Assembly: GCA_013166775.1 (NCBI GenBank)
Contig: JABLTJ010000025.1
Span: 111-24,110, forward strand
Direction of reading: 5' to 3'
From: Promethearchaeati archaeon
Lineage (GTDB): Archaea; Asgardarchaeota; Heimdallarchaeia; Heimdallarchaeales; Heimdallarchaeaceae
DNA length: 24,000 bases
Shown: positions 17,564 through 24,000 of the stretch, in pieces
Position numbering within the stretch: position 1 is the first letter of the stretch
How the letters are laid out: each line of letters begins with the position of its first letter
Position numbers and translations under genes: made by a program
The notes under the pieces: model-generated
Database searches by the model: none
The model's input: only the letters and a program-made list of their open reading frames with translations
Told to the model about the DNA's origin: nothing

Positions 17564-18778
17564 ATGTCACTAGAAAAAAACCTAGATGAAACACTAGAGT
17601 GGTTTAAAGAAAAGATATCATCGAATGTCTCTAGTTATAGAAACAATGCGATGAAGCAAATTAGAGCAATAAGTGATAGAATCGAAGAAGTTAAGACGGC
17701 AGCTCATCGATTTGATTACTCGGATTTAAAGGATCCTGATGTTTACCAGAATTATGCAACAACCATTTATGATAAAACATTAGAAGTTTTTGAACAAATT
17801 CAAGCTCCAGAAATTATTACATATAATAATCTAGATAATTTTGCTAGAGATACAAACAATAAAATCAATACATACATGAATATTCTATCTAAATATCTAT
17901 CTTGGTTAAAGAGAGATCGTTCTTACAAAACCAAAGTTAAGACTCTTGATAGAGCTCTAACCAGACTAAAAGAAGAGCTTCACATTTTTGAAAATAAAAC
18001 TATGCTCTCCTACTCTGAAATTATAAATTTTGAAAAAGTTTGTGATGATATAACCTCTTTAATAGGATTAGTAGATAGGATCCAGTTCCTAGAAAAGGAG
18101 ATTGAATCTCACAAAGATGATATCGAAAAACTTACACAAACAATCGAAAAGAACGAGAAAGATCTAATTGAACTAAAAAATCATCCTGGTTTTCAACAAT
18201 TGGAGAAAAACAAGAAGGAACTAGAACATATCGAAATTTCCATTTCTAATAAAGTATCAGAGATTAAAAAATTAAGCAGTAAAGTTCTAAGAGCAGCAGA
18301 TTCCAGAAAAATTGAACTCAATGAGTATGATAAAGAGTTGATGAAGAATTTAACAAAAGATCCACTTGGAGTATTCGTGAAGGAAAATGAAGGTTATAGA
18401 GGAGTTAAAGCAATGCTCAATACCTTAAAAGAAATTAGTAAAGAACCCGCAATTCAGATGAAAAAAGAAAAACTGCAAAGAGCTTACGAGAATATTGATG
18501 AGATACTAAATGATGAAATCTTGGAAATACAGATTAGAGCCCAATTTTTAGTTCAGCAAAGTGAGGCAATTAATGATAAATTCAAAGAAATGCAATTAGA
18601 TATCAAAATCAAAAAGCTTGAAGATGAAATAGACAATTTAAAAATAGATAGGAATCGTATAACCCTCCCACTTAGGAGAGAAAAAGAAGAAAAGGGTAAA
18701 GAAATAGATACAATATCAAAATCAGTAGAAGAAAGAATCGAGGAATTTACGAGTAAAGTTGTGAAACTAATTCTATAA
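17564..18778 (+). CDS. Long coiled-coil / all-helical hypothetical protein
   Basis: 404 aa, rich in Lys, Glu, Leu and Ile, with heptad-like stretches (for example LEKEIESHKDDIEKLTQTIEKNEKDLIELK and MQLDIKIKKLEDEIDNLKIDRNR). No enzymatic motif and no TM segment. Confidence 0.65.
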   Translation: MSLEKNLDETLEWFKEKISSNVSSYRNNAMKQIRAISDRIEEVKTAAHRFDYSDLKDPDVYQNYATTIYDKTLEVFEQIQAPEIITYNNLDNFARDTNNKINTYMNILSKYLSWLKRDRSYKTKVKTLDRALTRLKEELHIFENKTMLSYSEIINFEKVCDDITSLIGLVDRIQFLEKEIESHKDDIEKLTQTIEKNEKDLIELKNHPGFQQLEKNKKELEHIEISISNKVSEIKKLSSKVLRAADSRKIELNEYDKELMKNLTKDPLGVFVKENEGYRGVKAMLNTLKEISKEPAIQMKKEKLQRAYENIDEILNDEILEIQIRAQFLVQQSEAINDKFKEMQLDIKIKKLEDEIDNLKIDRNRITLPLRREKEEKGKEIDTISKSVEERIEEFTSKVVKLIL

Positions 18779-18835
18779 AATCCGAATTTTCTCACTAAAA
18801 CAAATCTTAAATTTCGTTTTATAGATGTTTTTAAT

Positions 18836-20038
18836 ATGGAACAGATAAAGAAATGGATAGCTACTGAAGAGGAAATTGCTGAGGGAAAAACTACTGATGT
18901 TTATTTTGTTCGAACCAAACAATGTTTAGACAAAGATAATCTGAGTGACACAAAAGTTTGGACTGAAGTAACCACAGGAGGGATACCTAGGGAAGGGAAA
19001 CAATTTCTATTCCTGGGTTTATATGATGTATTAAATTTATTCTCAAAAGCAAACTTGGATGTAAATGTTTATTCGATAAAGGAAGGAACCATTCTTCCTA
19101 ATAATGACGTCAACGGTGTTAGAATACCTTTCTTAATAGTCGAAGGCATGTATGGTGATTTCGCTATATATGAAACACCAATGCTCGGTTATTTATGCTT
19201 TCAATCTGGAGTAGGTACAGCAGCTACACGACTAAGAATAGCAGCTCAAGATAAAACCTTGCTCTCATTTGGAATTAGAAGAATGCCTCCAGAAATAGCA
19301 CCTACTATTGATAGAGCTTGTTATATTGCAGGATTTGATGGTATATCTTGCGTATTAAGTGCAGATAAACTAGGTATTCCTGCAACAGGAACAGTCCCAC
19401 ACGCTTTAATTATGATAGAAGGTGGGATAACACAAGCAGTTCAATCATTTGATAGACACATTGATAGCGATATCTCAAGAGTTGCGCTTGCTGATACATT
19501 TAATGATGAAAGAGTTGAGGTTCTTCAAGCACTGGAAGCTTTAGGGGATAAACTCTCGGGGATTCGATTGGATACACCTAGTTCAAGAAAAGGAAGTTTT
19601 AAAGACATTGTTCAAGAGATAAAATGGGAACTAAAACTAAGAGGAAGAGAAGATATTAAGATTTTTCTAAGTGGTGGCTTAACAGAAGATACTGTTAAAG
19701 AATATCGAAGCTTTGCAGATGGTTTTGGTGTTGGTACCTTTGTTTCAAACAGTCCAACAGTAGATTTTGCATTCGATATTGTTGAAATTGAAGGAAAATC
19801 CATTGCAAAAAGAGGAAAATTCGCTGGCAAAAAACAAGTTGGTTTTTGTAATCAATGTCAAATTTATCTTTGTGAAGAATTTCATAAATCAGCCATTAAA
19901 TGCCCTTCTTGTGCAAAACCCATGGATAAAATGATCGATCTAGTAATGGAGAGAGGTAAAATTCTAAATGCGATTCCTACTGAACTTGAACTTAGAGATT
20001 ATGTAAAAAAACAGTTAAATGGAAAATTGGAGATTTAA
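18836..20038 (+). CDS. pncB: Nicotinate phosphoribosyltransferase (archaeal type) with a C-terminal zinc ribbon
   Basis: 400 aa. Motifs are TTDVYFVRT, FGIRR, GTVPHALI, IRLDTPSS, LSGGL and FGVGT, which are type II PRTase signatures. The C-terminus has CNQC...CPSC. Confidence 0.85.
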   Translation: MEQIKKWIATEEEIAEGKTTDVYFVRTKQCLDKDNLSDTKVWTEVTTGGIPREGKQFLFLGLYDVLNLFSKANLDVNVYSIKEGTILPNNDVNGVRIPFLIVEGMYGDFAIYETPMLGYLCFQSGVGTAATRLRIAAQDKTLLSFGIRRMPPEIAPTIDRACYIAGFDGISCVLSADKLGIPATGTVPHALIMIEGGITQAVQSFDRHIDSDISRVALADTFNDERVEVLQALEALGDKLSGIRLDTPSSRKGSFKDIVQEIKWELKLRGREDIKIFLSGGLTEDTVKEYRSFADGFGVGTFVSNSPTVDFAFDIVEIEGKSIAKRGKFAGKKQVGFCNQCQIYLCEEFHKSAIKCPSCAKPMDKMIDLVMERGKILNAIPTELELRDYVKKQLNGKLEI

Positions 20039-20139
20039 CTCCTTCCTTCTATTTTGCCCAACCAAATAAATTTAAAAGTGATGTTGAGAAAAATGTACCA
20101 GCAATAGCTGGATTTATAAGTAAAATTCAGCATTCAACA

Positions 20140-20544
20140 ATGCGGGTTATCCACATGGCATTTGGCATAACTTTTGAGAATAAAACAGCGGAATTAAAAT
20201 CCACGTTAAGTGATTTAAAGATAAAAGTACCAGAGATAGAAAGTGCAGCGATTGTTTCAATCGAAGGATTACCTATAGCATCTGTTCTACCTCAAGAAAT
20301 CGAAGAGGCAAGGTTAGCAGCGATGACTGCAGCGATGCTTTCATTGGGAGAGAGAGTAGCTCAAGAAATGCAAAGGGGAGAGTTAGAGAAGATTTTCATT
20401 GAGGGGGCATATGGATATATTATAACGATTGCTGCAGGACAAAATGCCGTATTGACAGTTTCTGCGAGGAAAGAAGCAAAACTGGGTCTAGTCTTTCTAG
20501 ATATGGCAAGAGCTGGACAGGAAGTCGAAAGGCAGCTGAGTTAA
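20140..20544 (+). CDS. Roadblock/LC7 domain protein (second copy)
   Basis: 134 aa. Signature: VPEIESAAIVSIEGLPIASVLP ... AAMTAAMLSLGERVAQEM..GELEKIFIEG..GYIITIAAG.NAVLTV. An alternative start is at 20155 (MAFGI...). Confidence 0.88.
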   Translation: MRVIHMAFGITFENKTAELKSTLSDLKIKVPEIESAAIVSIEGLPIASVLPQEIEEARLAAMTAAMLSLGERVAQEMQRGELEKIFIEGAYGYIITIAAGQNAVLTVSARKEAKLGLVFLDMARAGQEVERQLS

Positions 20545-20665
20545 CTATATCTTCCTCTAATTATTTTTATTTTGCTTTTACAAATTCTAGTTATTCCATA
20601 ATTTTTGTTCTCTTAATACGAAAAATCTTTAAAATCCGATACTTCTTCAACACTTGTGCTAATGT

Positions 20666-21574
20666 ATGGAAATTACTACTGAAAGACATAGAAGAAACGA
20701 AGATTTAGTCGTTAGACTAGGAAAACTGGAAGAAGAAATTAGTTTTTTTAAGAAGAAAAGAGATGAACATAACCAATTGACAAAGGAAGTTTTAACCAAA
20801 CGAAACGAATTCAATGAGCAAATTAATGAAGATTTAGCAAAAGCAAAAGATTATACAGCTAAAAGAGATGATTTAAACTCCCAAGTAAAACAATCAAAGC
20901 AAAAACGAAAAATACTACAAGATAAGGTTAAGGAAAATAAAAAGGTTCTAGAAGAAGTAGTAGAAAAAGATCAAGCACTAAAAAAGGACAATATAAGAAG
21001 AAAACGAAGAAGTATGCGTAGTCTTAATGAGAATATTAATAAAATAGAATGGGATTTACAGACAAGTGTTTTAACTTCAGAGAAAGAAAAGGAAATGGTA
21101 CAACTTCTTGAAAAACTTTCAGAACAATTAAATAAAATAGCAGAAGAAGTTCATATAACTTCTCAACAGACACAAATGTGGAAGGAGATTTCTGTAGCAC
21201 AAAGGGAGATTAATATATTACATATTCAGATTATTGATGCAGCAAAAGAATCACAAATTTACCATAATTTAATGAATCAAAATTATCACCAAATAAATGA
21301 ATTAAGAAAGCAAGCAAATGATAACCATAAAAAATTCTTGAGTTTCAAAAAGCAATCGGATACTTTTCACCGTGATTTCTTATCGAAAGTAGCAGAAAAA
21401 AATGAATTGAAAGGTGAATTGAGGGAAAGCAAACAAAAAATCAGAGCCGAGATACGAGAAAAGAAGCAAGCAAATCTAGAAGAAAATACACAAAAAGCAT
21501 ACGAGAAATACGAGAGGGGAGAAAATCTCTCACTAGATGAATTTAGATTGCTTGTGGAAAAGGGAATGATTTAG
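20666..21574 (+). CDS. Archaeal coiled-coil protein (COG1340-like)
   Basis: 302 aa, almost entirely heptad-like Lys/Glu/Asn-rich helix. Recurring KRDE.N / KRNEFNEQI / KRDDLNSQV segments resemble the uncharacterised archaeal coiled-coil family COG1340. The family assignment is from memory, not a search. Confidence 0.65.
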   Translation: MEITTERHRRNEDLVVRLGKLEEEISFFKKKRDEHNQLTKEVLTKRNEFNEQINEDLAKAKDYTAKRDDLNSQVKQSKQKRKILQDKVKENKKVLEEVVEKDQALKKDNIRRKRRSMRSLNENINKIEWDLQTSVLTSEKEKEMVQLLEKLSEQLNKIAEEVHITSQQTQMWKEISVAQREINILHIQIIDAAKESQIYHNLMNQNYHQINELRKQANDNHKKFLSFKKQSDTFHRDFLSKVAEKNELKGELRESKQKIRAEIREKKQANLEENTQKAYEKYERGENLSLDEFRLLVEKGMI

Positions 21575-21622
21575 ATTTTTAATGAAAACCATATACTGTA
21601 AAAACAGCTCCAATAGATGTTT

Positions 21623-22066
21623 TTACAATTCATCAAGTGATATAATATAATCTGAGTAAGGCAAATAGCTTTTTGCTATTGTTTTTGTTGGACTTATAAG
21701 TAAGATATCAATTGTTTCCCTCAATTTTATAACAACAGGAAGTAAAGAATCATCTTTTACACCTATGCAGATAATATCTACTTGTTGCGAATTCGCAACA
21801 TCAAGGCTTTCAAGTGTTATGTTAACATCCTTATCTGAAGGGACTATTTTTGGAGAAAATCCTCTACTTAAGTACATCTCATAAACCTCTGGAGCCAACT
21901 GACTATCAAAGAAAACAATAGATTTTCTTATGCTCCCTAGTTGTTTAATCTGTTCCAATAGCAGCTTAATACTCAAAGGAGAAAGGGATTCTAATATTGC
22001 TCCATCAATTAAGCAGAAAACTCTTTTTGTTTGCTTTCTAAGTATTTTCATAATTTTTTCAGACAT
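21623..22066 (-). CDS. Hypothetical protein, weak NYN/LabA-like pattern with substituted catalytic positions
   Basis: 147 aa. RVFCLIDGAIL compares with NYN ..iDg.N.. The segment VDIICIGVKDDSLLPVVIKLRE.IDILLIS compares with d.vvlvSgDsDf.pl...lr..G..v.v. The pattern match is weak. Confidence 0.45.
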   Translation of the reverse strand: MSEKIMKILRKQTKRVFCLIDGAILESLSPLSIKLLLEQIKQLGSIRKSIVFFDSQLAPEVYEMYLSRGFSPKIVPSDKDVNITLESLDVANSQQVDIICIGVKDDSLLPVVIKLRETIDILLISPTKTIAKSYLPYSDYIISLDEL

Positions 22067-22273
22067 CTTTCAAAAGAACATAGGGTTTTACTTTTTAAAT
22101 ATTTTTTACCATTATTAGTCTAGGATGTAAAAAAATAATTGCAATTGATTATATTAGCTGTTCTGTTTTTTAAAAATATTATTTAAATCATAAAAACAAG
22201 TATTAATAAACTTAAACAAAAAACTTCTATTGAAAATATTAAATAAACTATTAGAAATCTTTGAGGTAATCAA

Positions 22274-23044
22274 ATGCAATGGTTTATGCCTGGTCTTATT
22301 TATCGTATCTATGAAAAGAAGCTTTCATCTGAGATAAAAAATCAACCTATTCCAAAACATATTGGGGTTATTCTAGATGGAAATAGGAGAGCAAGTGAAA
22401 AACTAGGTTTAGGTTATAAAGATGGATACAGACTAGGTGCAAAAAAACTCGAAGAAGTTTTAGGTTGGTGTTGGGATCTTGGTGTTAAGGTTGTAACCTG
22501 CTGGGTTTTCTCAACAGAAAATTTCTCTCGTCCAAAGGATCAAGTAGATACAATTATGAATCTAGCTACTATGTATTTACAAAGATTGAGAGAGGATAAG
22601 CGGATAATCAAGAACAAGGTTCAAGTAAAAGTTCTTGGAAGATTAAACCTATTGCCTGAAAAAGTTCAAAAGGAAATTAAAAAAACTGAAAAAGCAACAG
22701 AAGAATTCTCCAACTATCGCTTGAACGTATGTATGGCTTATGGCGGAAGAGCAGAGATAGTTGATGCTTTAAAGCAAATTTTGAAGAAAGCAAATAGTGG
22801 TCATATCAACTTAGATGAGGTAGATGAAGAATTAATAAGTAATCACTTATACACTGATGGTGTTCCAGATCCTGATTTGATTATCAGAACTTCTGGTGAA
22901 GAAAGATTATCTGGATTCCTTTTATGGCAATCTGCTTACTCTGAATATTACTTTGTTGATGTTCATTGGCCTCTGTTCCGAAAAATAGATTTGTGGCGTG
23001 CAGTAAGAACTTATCAACGAAGACAAAGAAGATTTGGACAATAA
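22274..23044 (+). CDS. uppS: Undecaprenyl-diphosphate synthase (cis-prenyltransferase, archaeal UppS)
   Basis: 256 aa. Motifs are HIGVILDGNRR, FSTENFSRP, IRTSGEERLSGFLLWQSAYSEYYF and RRFG. GAGGT lies upstream of the ATG. Confidence 0.95.
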   Translation: MQWFMPGLIYRIYEKKLSSEIKNQPIPKHIGVILDGNRRASEKLGLGYKDGYRLGAKKLEEVLGWCWDLGVKVVTCWVFSTENFSRPKDQVDTIMNLATMYLQRLREDKRIIKNKVQVKVLGRLNLLPEKVQKEIKKTEKATEEFSNYRLNVCMAYGGRAEIVDALKQILKKANSGHINLDEVDEELISNHLYTDGVPDPDLIIRTSGEERLSGFLLWQSAYSEYYFVDVHWPLFRKIDLWRAVRTYQRRQRRFGQ

Positions 23045-23067
23045 CGCATTAGTTTCCCAGATTTCTA

Positions 23068-23847
23068 TTACTCGTAAAAATCATCTCTTTCTCCCCAATC
23101 TCTTTCCATTTGTCCAATTAATGTGTCAATGTTGTGTCCTGTATTTGCACTTATAGGTATTAAATCACCTGTAGTTTTGAATTGTTCCAGTATCTCCATT
23201 ATACTCAAGCCAAGTTGTTGAGACAAGGAAGTTTGTCCAACGCTCTGAATATCTGCTACTAGAGAATCTGGGGATTCTATCCAATTTTCCAAATTTTCCA
23301 TTTGCTCTTTTTCTATAATATCATCTTTTGATATTGCGACAATCTGAGGAAGTGAAAGCTGAAAAGCAACTGATATACTTAGCAGTAAGATACTTGAGAA
23401 ACCTTCAGGTCGCATTGCTAAAGAAGGATCTATAAGAAAAACCGAAGTAGGCTGACTTTCGTCAGATATAACAGAAGAAACTAAACGACCACTACTTCTA
23501 TACGCAAACAATTCAATTTGCCCTGGGGTATCAACTAGCAAATATTCTGGGCCGATGTAATCAATTTCTGCTTTTATTTCGTCGATTTTAGTTGCAATTA
23601 AATCCATACTTGCAATCATAGCACCATTTGGTCCTAGATCCAGTTTCTCAGTAAGATTATCTATATTAACCAAATCACGAACATCAATATCAGGATTATA
23701 AGGTAATCTCCTAACTCCTGCATCAAGATTTAGTGTAGCTACATCCAGATGTTTTTCATTGAACCAATCATACAAGGTTCTGGTAAGTACTGTTTTTCCA
23801 CTCCCCGCTGTACCCAACATAAATATTACATAAGACCTTTGAGCCAC
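23068..23847 (-). CDS. GPN-loop GTPase (Npa3/XAB1-like)
   Basis: 259 aa. P-loop GTAGSGKT, eponymous GPNG (LDLGPNGAMI), and DTPGQIELF. The start codon is GTG (23845-23847). Confidence 0.93.
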   Translation of the reverse strand: MAQRSYVIFMLGTAGSGKTVLTRTLYDWFNEKHLDVATLNLDAGVRRLPYNPDIDVRDLVNIDNLTEKLDLGPNGAMIASMDLIATKIDEIKAEIDYIGPEYLLVDTPGQIELFAYRSSGRLVSSVISDESQPTSVFLIDPSLAMRPEGFSSILLLSISVAFQLSLPQIVAISKDDIIEKEQMENLENWIESPDSLVADIQSVGQTSLSQQLGLSIMEILEQFKTTGDLIPISANTGHNIDTLIGQMERDWGERDDFYE

Positions 23848-23853
23848 TTTTCA

Positions 23854-24000
23854 TCAATCCTTCATTTCTTGAATATTAATCGAAGATAAATTGGAAAGAA
23901 AAACTTCTTGAAGCATTTTCTTTGCGTTAACAACTTCTTCTTTTCCCTTTTCTCCTGTGCCTGAGATATGTATAACAATTCCTTTTTTATCTTTATAGGC
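23854..24000 (-). CDS. Partial CDS (3' end only), unknown product
   Basis: The open frame runs in from the window edge and reads ...AYKDKKGIVIHISGTGEKGKEEVVNAKKMLQEVFLSNLSSINIQEMKD*. Its TGA stop is at 23854-23856, 6 nt upstream of the GPN GTPase GTG start. The fragment is too short to identify. Confidence 0.4.
   Translation of the reverse strand, partial: AYKDKKGIVIHISGTGEKGKEEVVNAKKMLQEVFLSNLSSINIQEMKD

Noticed and set aside
19830-20038. C-terminal CxxC...CxxC zinc ribbon on the nicotinate phosphoribosyltransferase
   Set aside because: It looked like a novel fusion. However, archaeal NAPRTases (for example the Thermoplasma enzyme) are known to carry a zinc-knuckle-like C-terminal domain, so this is expected.
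8331-22118. Other short opposite-strand ORFs from the track (8331-8543, 8690-8911, 9834-10058, 10533-10775, 12896-13093, 15566-15763, 17051-17404, 18553-18795, 19612-19830, 21930-22118)
   Set aside because: Each is nested antisense inside a longer ORF that has clear family motifs or better coding character. None shows motifs of its own.
23845-23847. GTG start of the GPN-loop GTPase and the nearby TGATGA at the end of the upstream gene, considered as a possible frameshift or fusion
   Set aside because: The upstream frame ends cleanly at TGA (23854-23856), and the GPN N-terminus has normal length before the P-loop. A simple GTG start 6 nt downstream is sufficient.

Overview
The window is a visibly AT-rich, densely packed archaeal chromosomal segment. 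Archaeal hallmarks are a Cdc48/VAT double AAA+ ATPase, FEN1, a GPN-loop GTPase, Trm5, archaeal-type UppS and NAPRTase, and a tRNA-Lys(CUU) with a bulge-helix-bulge intron. I found no CRISPR array, transposase, integrase, rRNA or recognisable defence system. What stands out is the number of eukaryote-like GTPase-regulation components among ordinary housekeeping genes. (1) A Rab-like small GTPase is translationally coupled to an upstream 282-aa protein whose N-terminus has a longin-like beta-beta-alpha-beta-beta-beta-alpha pattern. (2) A Roadblock/LC7 (MglB-like) gene lies directly upstream of an MglA-family GTPase that carries the diagnostic Thr-for-Asp G3 motif. (3) A 323-aa protein appears to consist of two tandem longin/roadblock-like modules. 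(4) A second Roadblock/LC7 gene is followed by a coiled-coil protein. (5) There is a GPN-loop GTPase. This combination, together with the low GC content, is most consistent with an Asgard (Loki-like) archaeon; that taxonomic call is an inference. The best candidate for an undescribed system is the longin-like/Rab-like operon at 1708-3148, possibly extended by the zinc-ribbon protein at 788-1606. The uncharacterised tandem longin/roadblock protein at 14937-15908 is the second candidate. All fold-level statements come from reading residue patterns by eye and need HHpred or structure prediction to confirm.
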